A stretch of 32,000 bases of DNA, from positions 2,220,001-2,252,000 of the forward strand of contig CP126532.1 in the NCBI GenBank assembly GCA_030167145.1, in the 5' to 3' direction. This DNA comes from Ktedonobacterales bacterium (GTDB taxonomy: Bacteria > Chloroflexota > Ktedonobacteria > Ktedonobacterales > JADMIN01). The notes below the pieces were generated by a model. The model worked only from the letters and a program-made list of their open reading frames with translations. It made no database searches and had not been told where the DNA came from. Made by a program: the position numbers and the translations under genes. Positions 1 through 8,595 of the stretch are shown here, one piece after another. Positions within the stretch are counted from its first letter, which is position 1, and every line of letters begins with the position of its first letter.

Positions 1-1652
1 TGATCGAAGGGGTCGCGTCGGTGGATGAGTCGGCGATCACGGGCGAATCGGCGCCGGTGATTCGCGAGAGCGGCGGCGACCGCTCCGCCGTGACGGGTGG
101 GACGCGCGTGCTCTCCGACTGGATCATTGTACGCATCTCCTCGAATCCCGGCGAGACGTTTCTGGACCGGATGATCGCGCTGGTGGAGGGGGCAAGCCGC
201 CAGAAGACGCCCAACGAAATCGCGCTGAATATCCTGCTGGCCAGCCTGACGATCATCTTCTTGCTGGCGGTAGTGACTCTCGAACCGTTCGCCATCTATT
301 CGGGCAATGCGGTTTCGATTACCGCGCTGATTGCGCTGCTGGTGTGTCTGATTCCGACGACTATCGGAGGGCTGCTCTCTTCGATTGGCATCGCGGGGAT
401 GGACCGGCTGGTGCAGCGCAATGTGCTGGCGATGAGCGGACGCGCGGTGGAAGCGGCGGGCGACGTGGATGTGTTGCTGCTGGATAAGACGGGCACGATC
501 ACGCTGGGCAACCGCATGGCGAGCGAGTTCATTCCGGTGGCGGGGGTGAGCGAGCGTGAACTGGCCGAGGCGGCGCTACTCTCGTCGCTGCCGGATGAGA
601 CGCCGGAAGGGCGTTCCATCGTCGCGCTGGCGCGGGATACGTACAAGCTGGATGGACATGCGGACGGGAACCCGGAGTTGATGACTTTCATTCCGTTCAG
701 CGCGTCCACGCGGATGAGCGGGGTAGATGTGGCGGCGAATGGCGCTGGTCCGGCGCGGCAGGTGCGCAAAGGCGCGGGCGACGCGGTCATCGCGTGGGTC
801 AGCGAGGGGGTCGGCGCGATACCAAGTGACTTGCGGTCCACGGTGGAGCGCATTGCGCGGGCGGGTGGCACGCCGCTGGTGGTGGCGGAGGCGCAGGGAG
901 GCGCACCGGCGCACGTGCTGGGGGTGATCTATCTGAAGGATGTGGTGAAGGCGGGGATGCGCGAGCGCTTTGATGAATTGCGCCATATGGGCATCCGGAC
1001 GGTGATGATTACCGGCGATAATCCGCTGACCGCCGCCGCGATTGCAGAGGAAGCGGGGGTGGATGATTTTCTGGCGCAGGCGACGCCGGAGACCAAGATG
1101 AAGCTGATTCGCGAGCAGCAGGCGGGTGGGCGGCTGGTGGCGATGACTGGCGACGGGACGAACGATGCGCCCGCGCTGGCGCAGGCGGATGTGGGCGTGG
1201 CGATGAACACGGGCACGCAGGCGGCGAAGGAAGCTGGCAACATGGTGGATCTCGACTCGAATCCGACCAAGTTGATCGAAATCGTGGAGGTGGGCAAGCA
1301 GTTGCTGATGACACGCGGCGCGCTGACGACCTTCAGCATCGCCAACGATGTGGCGAAATATTTCGCGATCATCCCGGCTGTCTTCGTCGCCACGTATCCG
1401 CAGCTTCAGGCGCTGAATGTGATGCATCTGGCGACGCCGCATAGCGCGGTGCTCTCGGCGGTGATCTTCAACGCGCTGATCATCGTCGCGCTGATCCCGC
1501 TGGCGCTACGCGGGGTGAAGTATCGCGCGGTGGGCGCGGCGGCGCTGCTGCGGCGTAATCTGCTGCTCTATGGCGTGGGTGGGATTATCTTGCCGTTCAT
1601 CGGCATCAAGCTGATTGATCTGCTGCTCGTCGCGCTGCATCTGACGGCATAA
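1..1652 (+). CDS. kdpB: Potassium-transporting P-type ATPase subunit KdpB (C-terminal ~550 aa; 5' end off-window)
   Basis: The frame is open from the window edge ([26 protein letters not shown]). It carries the P-type phosphorylation motif [17 protein letters not shown], the hinge [16 protein letters not shown], and C-terminal TM helices. Stop at 1650-1652. Confidence 0.95.
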   Translation, partial: IEGVASVDESAITGESAPVIRESGGDRSAVTGGTRVLSDWIIVRISSNPGETFLDRMIALVEGASRQKTPNEIALNILLASLTIIFLLAVVTLEPFAIYSGNAVSITALIALLVCLIPTTIGGLLSSIGIAGMDRLVQRNVLAMSGRAVEAAGDVDVLLLDKTGTITLGNRMASEFIPVAGVSERELAEAALLSSLPDETPEGRSIVALARDTYKLDGHADGNPELMTFIPFSASTRMSGVDVAANGAGPARQVRKGAGDAVIAWVSEGVGAIPSDLRSTVERIARAGGTPLVVAEAQGGAPAHVLGVIYLKDVVKAGMRERFDELRHMGIRTVMITGDNPLTAAAIAEEAGVDDFLAQATPETKMKLIREQQAGGRLVAMTGDGTNDAPALAQADVGVAMNTGTQAAKEAGNMVDLDSNPTKLIEIVEVGKQLLMTRGALTTFSIANDVAKYFAIIPAVFVATYPQLQALNVMHLATPHSAVLSAVIFNALIIVALIPLALRGVKYRAVGAAALLRRNLLLYGVGGIILPFIGIKLIDLLLVALHLTA

Positions 1653-1704
1653 CCGACGACGAACGGCATGTGTTTCTTTGCGAAGTGAGAAAGTGATAGC
1701 ACTT

Positions 1705-2397
1705 ATGCGGCACACAACACCATCTACAGCGGCCACAACGGCCACAACGACGCCTGAGGGTGAGGAGTCGGCGCAAGTAGAAAGTGGGCGGGGTGCGGTT
1801 CTGCGCCAGTTGCGTCCGGCGATTCTGCTGACGCTGTTGTTGACGTTGATCGCGGGCGTGCTGTATCCGCTGGCGACGACGGGAGCAGCGCAGGCGCTCT
1901 TTCCGTCGCAGGCGAATGGTTCGCTGGTCTACGCCAATGGCAAACTGGTGGGTTCGCGGCTGATCGGCCAGTACTGGACGCAACCGCAGTATTTCCACGG
2001 GCGGCCCTCGGCGACACTGAATTTGCAGGGGACGCCCACGCCGTATGAGGCGGATAACTCCGGTGGCTCGAACCTGGGGCCAACGAATAGTGCACTAATC
2101 CAGACGGTGCAGCAGCGGATTGATGAACTGAAGAAGGAGAATCCCGATGTGCCAGCGGGGACGCCGATACCGGTGGATCTGGTGACGGCGTCGGCGTCGG
2201 GCCTGGACCCCGACATCTCGGTCGCTGCGGCGTACTACCAGATTCCGCGCATCGCCAAGGCGCGGGGGCTGAGCCAGGAAGCGGTGCGGCAACTGGTGGA
2301 CGCGCATATCACCGGGAGGTTCCTGGGGTTGTTTGGTGAGCCGCGTGTGAATGTGCTGGAGTTGAATCTGGCGCTGGATGAATTGGGGCACTCATAG
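1705..2397 (+). CDS. kdpC: Potassium-transporting ATPase subunit KdpC
   Basis: Single N-terminal TM helix (ILLTLLLTLIAGVLYPL). KdpC-like blocks are present: GSRLIGQ, SGGSNLGPTN, ASGLDPDIS, AAYYQIPRIAKARG. ATG 1705 is preferred over the track's TTG 1678. An in-frame TTG at 1810 would remove an unusual Thr/Ala-rich N-terminal extension, so the start is uncertain. Confidence 0.88.
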   Translation: MRHTTPSTAATTATTTPEGEESAQVESGRGAVLRQLRPAILLTLLLTLIAGVLYPLATTGAAQALFPSQANGSLVYANGKLVGSRLIGQYWTQPQYFHGRPSATLNLQGTPTPYEADNSGGSNLGPTNSALIQTVQQRIDELKKENPDVPAGTPIPVDLVTASASGLDPDISVAAAYYQIPRIAKARGLSQEAVRQLVDAHITGRFLGLFGEPRVNVLELNLALDELGHS

Positions 2398-2416
2398 AAG
2401 GAGGGACGGGAGAGCG

Positions 2417-3667
2417 ATGACGGAGCGTGAGCGATCCGGAGAGCGTGAGCGGCCTGACCCTGAAGGATTGCTGGACCGCTACCAGTTGCGCGAGCAGGCG
2501 ACTTCACCTACGCCCAGAGATGTACAGCGCAATAGGGCGGAGAGTGGCGCGGCGACACATGGCCGTGGACGGCTGCGCATCTATCTGGGGATGGCGGCGG
2601 GCGTGGGCAAGACGTACGCGATGCTCAACGAGGGGCGGCGGCGCAAGGCGCGGGGTACAGATGTGGTGATTGGCTATGTGGAGGTACACAAGCGGCCGCT
2701 CACGGAACAGCAGATTGGCGAACTGGAGATCGTGCCGCGCAAGCGCATTACGTATCGTGGTGTCATGCTCGAAGAGATGGATGTGGACGCCGTCATTGCG
2801 CGCCGTCCCACGGTGGCGCTGGTGGATGAACTGGCGCATACGAATGCGCCCGGCTCGCGGAACGCCAAGCGGTATCAGGATGTCGAAGAACTGCTGGCGG
2901 CGGGCATCACGGTGATTACCACGGTCAATATTCAGCATCTCGAAGGACTGAATGATGTGGTGGAGGCGATCACCGGCGTGCGCCAGCGCGAGACCTTGCC
3001 GGATAGCGTGCTGGATACCGCCGATGAAATCGAGCTGATTGACATCGCGCCGGATGCCCTGCGCGCACGGCTGCGGCACGGGAATGTGTATCCGCCGGAG
3101 CGAGCGCAACGCGCGCTGGAACACTATTTCAGTCTGAGTAATCTGACGGCGCTGCGCGAACTGGCGCTGCGCCGGACTGCTGAGAAGGCGGAGGCGCAGC
3201 TCGAAGGGATGATGCGCGGCAAGGATGAGGATGTCAGCGAGGCGGCGTGGGCCTCGACGGCGACGGAGCGGGTGATGGTGGCTTTCGATGCGCGCCCACA
3301 TGCGCGGCAACTGCTGCGCGATGGGTGGCGATTGGCGCGCGGGCTGAAGGCGCCGCTGCTGGCGGTGACGATTGTGCGCCCGTCGCGGCGTTTGGGGCGT
3401 GGAGCCGTGCGTGAGAGCGCTGCGCTGAAAGAACATCTGCGCCTGGCGGAAGATCTGGGCGCTGAGGTCATCCAACGCGAGGGGTGCAATGTCGCGGAGA
3501 CGCTGGCGGCCATCGCGCATGAGCGGCATGTGACGCAGATCGTGATCGGCCAGCCTACGCGGGGCATGTGGTCCGAACGCTTTGGCGGGGGATCGGTGGT
3601 GAATCGCTTGCTGCGGCTGCCAACAGGGGCGGATATTCATGTGGCGCCGCAACGCGGACAACACTGA
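2417..3667 (+). CDS. kdpD: Short KdpD-like protein: KdpD N-terminal sensor domain + USP-like domain, with no TM or histidine-kinase part
   Basis: Walker-A-like GMAAGVGKTYAML and the KdpD-N blocks VALVDELAHTN, TTVNIQHLEGLND and GNVY are present. A USP-like C-terminal half follows (ERVMVAFDA...IVIGQP...GSVVNRLL). AAGGAGG at 2398-2404 precedes ATG 2417, which is preferred over the track start 2378. The ORF ends after ~416 aa. Confidence 0.85.
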   Translation: MTERERSGERERPDPEGLLDRYQLREQATSPTPRDVQRNRAESGAATHGRGRLRIYLGMAAGVGKTYAMLNEGRRRKARGTDVVIGYVEVHKRPLTEQQIGELEIVPRKRITYRGVMLEEMDVDAVIARRPTVALVDELAHTNAPGSRNAKRYQDVEELLAAGITVITTVNIQHLEGLNDVVEAITGVRQRETLPDSVLDTADEIELIDIAPDALRARLRHGNVYPPERAQRALEHYFSLSNLTALRELALRRTAEKAEAQLEGMMRGKDEDVSEAAWASTATERVMVAFDARPHARQLLRDGWRLARGLKAPLLAVTIVRPSRRLGRGAVRESAALKEHLRLAEDLGAEVIQREGCNVAETLAAIAHERHVTQIVIGQPTRGMWSERFGGGSVVNRLLRLPTGADIHVAPQRGQH

Positions 3668-3762
3668 CGGTGGGGGGGTCGGCGCTCGCTAGGCAAAACT
3701 GGCCTTGAACCTGCTACACTCTCTCATAATAGCTCATCCGAATATGGGAAGGCGCAGCAGCC

Positions 3763-4962
3763 ATGGTCAGAATTGAGGGGATTAGCATTGAGCATGTGCT
3801 GCTGATCGGGTCCGCGTTGCTGCTGCTGGGGGTGCTGGCGGCGAGGGCGTCGAGCCGGGTGAGCATCCCGCCACTGCTGCTGTTTTTGGTGTTGGGGATG
3901 CTGGCTGGCTCGGATGGTCCGGGCGGCATCTTCTTCAATGATGTGTGGCTCTCGCAGCTTGTCGGTACGATTGGTTTGGCGCTGATTATTTTCTCCGGCG
4001 GCCTGGATACGAATTGGACGCAGATCCGTCCGGTGCTGTGGCGCGGACTGTCGCTCTCGACGCTCGGCGTGCTCCTTTCGGCGGGGGTGGTGGCGGGGTT
4101 TGCGGTGCTGGCGCTGGGTTTCACATGGACGCAGGGGATGCTGCTGGGCGCTATCGTTTCGGCCACTGACGCCGCCGCGGTGTTCTCCATCGTGGGCAAG
4201 GGCGCAACGCGGCTGAAGCAGCAGACGGTTTCGCTTTTGGAGATGGAGTCGGGCGCGAATGACCCGATGGCGGTGTTTTTGACGTTGGGGATGGTCGAGC
4301 TTTTGGCTGAGCCGCATACTTCGCCCCTCAGTCTGATCCCGCAGTTTCTGCTGCAAATGGCGGTCGGTGGCGCGGTGGGATATGGTGTGGGGCGGCTGTT
4401 CGTGCTGGTGGTGAATCGCTGGAAGCCGCAGGCGTCGGGGCTGTATCTGGTGCTGACGACGGCGGTGGCGATCTTCACGTATAGCTCGGCGGCGTCGCTG
4501 CATGGCAGTGGCTTTCTGGCGGTGTATATCGCGGGGTTGGTGATCGGCAACGGCCGGGTGGCGGAGCTAGATAACGTCGAGCGGTTTCATGATGGGCTGG
4601 CGACGCTGATGGAGTGCGCGATGTTCCTGACGCTGGGGTTGCTGGTCTACCCCTCGCATCTGGTCTCGATCATCGGGATTGGCTTGCTGACGACGCTGGC
4701 GCTGACGTTCGTGGCGCGGCCGGTGAGTGTCTTTCTGAGTTTGCTGCTGGCGCGGATGCCCGCGCGTGAGAAGCTGTTCGTCTCGTGGGCGGGGTTGCGC
4801 GGCGCGGTGCCGATCATCCTGGCGACGTTTCCATTGCTGGAACGCATACCGCAGGCAGAACTGATCTTCGATCTGGTCTTTTTTACGGTGCTGGTCTCGG
4901 TGCTGCTGCAAGGGACGACGATTCCGTGGGTGGGGCGGTGGCTACGGCTGACCTCATCCTGA
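3763..4962 (+). CDS. CPA1-family K+/H+ (cation/proton) antiporter, NhaP2/CvrA-like, lacking the usual C-terminal RCK/TrkA-C domain
   Basis: About 11 hydrophobic segments. The N-terminal region matches my memory of NhaP2 (LLLFLVLGMLAGSDGPGGIFFND, LIIFSGGLDT, GAIVSATDAAAVFSI, ESGANDPMAVFLT). Confidence 0.85.
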   Translation: MVRIEGISIEHVLLIGSALLLLGVLAARASSRVSIPPLLLFLVLGMLAGSDGPGGIFFNDVWLSQLVGTIGLALIIFSGGLDTNWTQIRPVLWRGLSLSTLGVLLSAGVVAGFAVLALGFTWTQGMLLGAIVSATDAAAVFSIVGKGATRLKQQTVSLLEMESGANDPMAVFLTLGMVELLAEPHTSPLSLIPQFLLQMAVGGAVGYGVGRLFVLVVNRWKPQASGLYLVLTTAVAIFTYSSAASLHGSGFLAVYIAGLVIGNGRVAELDNVERFHDGLATLMECAMFLTLGLLVYPSHLVSIIGIGLLTTLALTFVARPVSVFLSLLLARMPAREKLFVSWAGLRGAVPIILATFPLLERIPQAELIFDLVFFTVLVSVLLQGTTIPWVGRWLRLTSS

Positions 4963-4973
4963 GGTGGAGCGAA

Positions 4974-6956
4974 TCAGCCGTTCCAGCTTCGTCCGCCGGG
5001 GAACTGCTGGCTGCGTGGTCCGCGCGAGCTGCCGGGGCGACCCTGGCTCTGGCCGTAGCCGCGGTCATAGCCCTGACCGTAGCCTGGGTCATCGTCGAAG
5101 GTCTGGCTTGGGCGTCCGGCATTCCACGGCGCTTGCGGGGCACGTGGGGCGAACCGTCCGTCGTATGGCCCGGCGGTGCGGTTGCTCTGTGGGGCATCGG
5201 GCATGGGCATCTGGAGGCGGTTGGCACGGGCGTTACCAGCGGCGACGCCTGCCAGGCGCGGGTCGGGGGCGGCGGCCATCTGGGCCGACTGGCCGTTCTG
5301 GTTCATCTGATGCACCTGGCTCATGCCCATCATGTCCATCTCGCTCACCGGCGCGGCGGCGTTTTCGATGCCCTGGCGCTTGCCGCCAACAACTTGTTGC
5401 AGGTTGCCGACGACGCGCTCAAGCTGGTCGGCGCTCTCGGCGGCGGCGGTGGCGCCAGCGACCAATTGGTCGGAGACTTGCATGGTGACGGTGATGGCCT
5501 TATCCAGGCGGTCGCTGCTGGCTTGTTGGCGGCGGGCGGCTTCGTCAATGTAGCGCGAGAGGTCGAGCAGGTAGTGGACGGTGCGCTTGGCCTGATCGTC
5601 GGTGAGGCGGTCCCAATACTCGTTGAACCAGTGACTGGCATCCATGATGCGCCGCGACGCCTGGTGCATGGCGTCGGAGAGATAGCGGACGCCATCCAGT
5701 CCGGTCTTGCAGGCGTCCACGACCCACTGTTGCTCGCTGGCGGAGCTTTGCTGGCGGAAGGCTAGCTGTTGGAGGTTGTAGGCGGCGCTTTCCAGGTCGC
5801 CGGTGGATTCCTGGACGGGGTGGGCGGTGCGGCGGCCAATCAAGAGGCCGATGAGGATGGCGAGGATGGCGATGACCCCGGCGCTGAGCAGGGAGGTTTT
5901 GAGCTGATCGTCGGCGACCTGTGTGACAGTGGAGAGGGGGCTGAGGACGAAGTAGGTCCACTGCACGTTCAGAGGCTTATTCGTGGCTGGATTGCTGATG
6001 GTGATGCGCTCGCGCACATATTGATAGGGTGTGGAGCTTCCGGCCATGGCTGGACTTTGGAATGAGCCGGAAGGAGTGCTGGCGCTCAGGGCGGAGGCGA
6101 CACCGGGCAGACTGTCTATCGGGACGGCGCCATTGGAGCCGTAGCGCTGCTCGCTAGAGATGGTCTGCTGGACGCTGGCGTCGAGGGGGCGGATGGTGGT
6201 GAAGAGTTCGTCGGGGTGGGAGCTGGCGATGCGGACGCCGTTCTCGTCGGTGATGAAGGCGTAGCTGCCGGAGCCGTTGGCGCTGGCTTCGTCGTTGACG
6301 ATGCTATAGATGTAGTCGAGGCGTAGCGTGGCGCGCAGGAAGCCGAGTAGGGATTTGTTTGACCCGTTTTGGAGCATAATGGGGGTGTAGATGCGAACGA
6401 AGGCATGGTGAGAGGTGGGGTCATAGTAGACGGGCGAGATGCTGGTCTCGCCGTTCTTCAGCGGGGCGACATCTTCGGCGGGCAGTATCGTGCCGGGCTT
6501 ATCGAGCGTGGGATTGGAGGTGAGCAGGAGGTCGCTGCGGGCGTCGAAGATGCTCCAGACGGTGTAGTTGGTGTCGCGGACGATGCCGACGTTGAGGGCG
6601 CGGGAGGAAGAGTCCTTGTAGAGCTGAAGGTTGGTGGGGCAGGCAAAGGCGGCGGGTGGCTGCGGAATGATGGTGCAGGCGAGGTAGCCCTGGGCGGTGG
6701 GCAGCGAGGCAAGCGCCTCGCCATCGAGCACGCGCTCGCGTAGGTAGCTGGTGATGAGTGCGGTCTTGGCTTTGCCGTCGGTGGTGAGGGCGTTGATACC
6801 CTGCTGTGTGAGGGTGCCGCGCGCAAAGTAGTCATTGATGCCGACAACGGCCGTCAGCGGAAGTATGGCGGCGAAGAGCACGAGCAGGGAGAGCCGCGCG
6901 GTTAGCGGCAGCCGACGGCGCGGCTGAGTGGCGCTGTTTTTCTTGACATTCGGCAT
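4974..6956 (-). CDS. Membrane sensor-like protein: TM, Cache-like periplasmic domain, TM, coiled-coil cytoplasmic region, then a G/Y/Q/R/P-rich low-complexity tail
   Basis: 660-aa ORF with good coding texture. There are two TM helices (LSLLVLFAAILPLTAVVGI and SLLSAGVIAILAILIGLLIG) flanking a ~310-aa extracytoplasmic domain with a Cache-like layout. The cytoplasmic part is helical and heptad-like but shows no recognisable kinase, MCP, GGDEF or HAMP signature. The tail reads GYGQGYDRGYGQSQGRPGSSRGPRSQQFPGGRSWNG. Confidence 0.6.
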   Translation of the reverse strand: MPNVKKNSATQPRRRLPLTARLSLLVLFAAILPLTAVVGINDYFARGTLTQQGINALTTDGKAKTALITSYLRERVLDGEALASLPTAQGYLACTIIPQPPAAFACPTNLQLYKDSSSRALNVGIVRDTNYTVWSIFDARSDLLLTSNPTLDKPGTILPAEDVAPLKNGETSISPVYYDPTSHHAFVRIYTPIMLQNGSNKSLLGFLRATLRLDYIYSIVNDEASANGSGSYAFITDENGVRIASSHPDELFTTIRPLDASVQQTISSEQRYGSNGAVPIDSLPGVASALSASTPSGSFQSPAMAGSSTPYQYVRERITISNPATNKPLNVQWTYFVLSPLSTVTQVADDQLKTSLLSAGVIAILAILIGLLIGRRTAHPVQESTGDLESAAYNLQQLAFRQQSSASEQQWVVDACKTGLDGVRYLSDAMHQASRRIMDASHWFNEYWDRLTDDQAKRTVHYLLDLSRYIDEAARRQQASSDRLDKAITVTMQVSDQLVAGATAAAESADQLERVVGNLQQVVGGKRQGIENAAAPVSEMDMMGMSQVHQMNQNGQSAQMAAAPDPRLAGVAAGNARANRLQMPMPDAPQSNRTAGPYDGRFAPRAPQAPWNAGRPSQTFDDDPGYGQGYDRGYGQSQGRPGSSRGPRSQQFPGGRSWNG

Positions 6957-7040
6957 GCCAGAGACCTCATTTCGCAGATTATCGAGATCCGCCCATCACC
7001 AACCCACTCCGAGAAACCAGGGCAGAGGAAGCGCGGCTGA

Positions 7041-7139
7041 AAATGCTCAGAAATGCTCAGATATGTGGAGAATAGCACAGAGCGCATCCTGGCGACAGAC
7101 GCTGTGACAGACCCTCGCCAGATATTCAGGACGAATATC
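7041..7139. promoter_or_regulatory. Cluster of short repeats upstream of the Cache-like gene: 10-bp exact tandem, heptamer direct repeat, and 7-bp inverted repeat
   Basis: AAATGCTCAG occurs twice, at 7041-7050 and 7051-7060. GACAGAC occurs at 7094-7100 and 7106-7112 (12-bp period). GATATTC-aggac-GAATATC spans 7121-7139. All lie 85-185 bp upstream of the minus-strand start at 6956. Confidence 0.3.
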
Positions 7140-7296
7140 AATGACGCCGCGACACGCTCCTACACGACATATCCCACCGTATAGTGGCATGGCGTGGGGA
7201 ATAAGCAGACGTGCCCTGGTACTTTCGGGGGAAGCATGCGTCTGGGCAGGGAGGGAGCAGGCGGTTGAAACCGCGCGACGGGCGCACGCCATGCGC

Positions 7297-7350
7297 CCCT
7301 ACGATGGTGTGCGTCCCTACGATGGTGTGCGTCCCTACGATGGTGTGCCT
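7297..7350. repeat. 18-bp tandem repeat x3 (CCCTACGATGGTGTGCGT, with the last copy ending ..CCT)
   Basis: Read directly: copies at 7297-7314, 7315-7332 and 7333-7350. Two copies are identical and the third has one mismatch. The array is intergenic, between the two minus-strand genes. Confidence 0.95.
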
Positions 7351-7504
7351 CGGCAAAGCGCGCCTGCGCGGGCTGGAGATGGAGTGGGGGTGTCCGCATC
7401 ATGTGGTGCAGGAGCGTCATGGCTGGCGCACGTGGGGGGCGCGGCAAGTTCAGGCCCAGGGGATGTGGCGACAACGGAACCGAAGTCGGTATCAGGGGAT
7501 GTCA

Positions 7505-8251
7505 TCAGTAGTAGTAGATCAGGCCGCGCGATTCGAGGTCGTTGAGGAGCATCAGGACCTCTTGTATGGGTTTGGAGGAGAGGCGGGAGACATCGTAGAT
7601 GGTGTGTTCGCCGTCGGCGAGGAGGAGGATGGTGCGATGGCCACGCGAGAGGTTGTAGGTGGTTACGACTTTCATGAGGTCGCGCACATCTGGGGCACGG
7701 CGGGGGCGGCGCTGAAGTTGTGGGGTGTCCTGGTTTTGGGGGAGAGGCGGCCCGCCGGGCATGCTGCGGGTCCAGGGGTCGCCGTTGAGGCCACTCAATA
7801 TCCCGGAGGGATGTGATCCACTGACGCCAAAGGCGGGGTCTGAAATGCGGGGCGCGGCGGTGAATGGTCCGGTGTTCTCGCGTGCGGGGCTGGGCATGTA
7901 GCCGGGCTGGGATGTGGTGAAATCAGGCGGGAGCGCGCGTGCGCCACTCAGCGAAGGGGAGGATGCGCTGGACGGGGTGGCAGGAGCGATATTGGGCGCT
8001 GGGCGTGGCTCGTCGCGGTCGAAGGAGAAACGGCAGGTACCCCAGCGGCTCATGATGGCGAGCGCGTCGCGCCCCTGAATGCCAGGGAGGGCGGCGTAGA
8101 TGGCGCGCCCGCCGACGAAGTAGATTTCGCCCTCCTCAGCGTCTAACCCTACACCACGCTCAACGGATAACAACCCGGTGCGCCGCCCAAGCTCGACGAC
8201 TTCGATGACGTTCGCGAGCTGATCGGTGGCGGTTACTCTCGGCTTTGCCAT
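7505..8251 (-). CDS. DUF4388 / PATAN-domain protein with a Pro/Ser-rich linker and a small C-terminal wHTH-like module
   Basis: The N-terminus LANVIEVVELGRRTGLLSVERG...GEIYFVGGRAIYAA...GRDALAIMSRWGTCRFSF matches the DUF4388 pattern as I recall it. The C-terminal LLLADGEHTIYDVSRLSSKPIQEVLMLLNDLESRGLI is typical of this family. Confidence 0.75.
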   Translation of the reverse strand: MAKPRVTATDQLANVIEVVELGRRTGLLSVERGVGLDAEEGEIYFVGGRAIYAALPGIQGRDALAIMSRWGTCRFSFDRDEPRPAPNIAPATPSSASSPSLSGARALPPDFTTSQPGYMPSPARENTGPFTAAPRISDPAFGVSGSHPSGILSGLNGDPWTRSMPGGPPLPQNQDTPQLQRRPRRAPDVRDLMKVVTTYNLSRGHRTILLLADGEHTIYDVSRLSSKPIQEVLMLLNDLESRGLIYYY

Positions 8252-8511
8252 CGTGTTTTTCCATGCCCTTCGCTGGCTGCTGACCTGCCACGTCTCGCAA
8301 TACGCAACCCCGAACCCACTGCGTCTATCTGTCTATCTATGCTTATGTGCCGGGTGCGGCCCGCGGCCTCGGAGGGATCGAGCCGGAACCCGGCGCCGTG
8401 TGGAGTGTCAAGAAACTGGACATGCCGCGAACGTTTTGTTGAGATCAGTATAGCATGGAGCGGCCCGCAGGGATAGCCCAAATGCGTGATGGGGAAGAAC
8501 CTAACCCCCGA

Positions 8512-8575
8512 CCCCTTCCCTCGTAGGGAAGGGGAGTAGACTGCGCAGTGGGCGAGCAGACAGGAATGTCTGCTC
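8512..8575 (-). terminator. Two perfect stem-loops just downstream of the guanylyltransferase gene; possible terminator or REP-like element, with no U-tract
   Basis: CCCCTTCCC-tcgta-GGGAAGGGG spans 8512-8534 (9-bp stem). GAGCAGACA-ggaa-TGTCTGCTC spans 8554-8575 (9-bp stem). The second begins 20 nt after the minus-strand stop at 8596. Neither is followed by a T-run on the minus strand. Confidence 0.35.
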
Positions 8576-8595
8576 CACTAGTGCAAGGCAGGAGG

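Noticed and set aside
2504-3664. 386-aa minus-strand ORF antisense to the kdpD-like gene. Similar long antisense or alternative-frame ORFs include 576..1442-, 8548..9729+, 9695..10393-, 11801..13060-, 14273..14980-, 19853..20689+, 22666..23526-, 28381..29160+, 29208..30167+ and 30565..31663-.
   Set aside because: Their translations are Arg/His/Pro/Gln-rich nonsense typical of stop-poor alternative frames in high-GC DNA. Each overlaps a gene with clear family motifs on the other strand or frame.
3705-3732. Possible promoter for the antiporter gene (TTGAAC at 3705-3710 with CATAAT at 3725-3730).
   Set aside because: The spacer is only 14 nt, and the alternative -10 at proper spacing matches poorly. 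The gene may instead be co-transcribed with the kdp genes.
7297-7350. Whether any repeat set in the window could be a CRISPR array.
   Set aside because: The 18-mers are contiguous with no spacers, there are only three copies, and no cas genes are present. The other repeats are pairs only.
7138-7816. ORFs reading through the 18-bp tandem array (7141..7545+, 7211..7816+, 7138..7356-), which give hexapeptide repeats RPYDGV, PTMVCV or HTIVGT.
   Set aside because: An 18-bp repeat is in-frame in all six frames, so repeat peptides are automatic. There is no RBS, the flanking translation is non-protein-like, and the region is otherwise intergenic.
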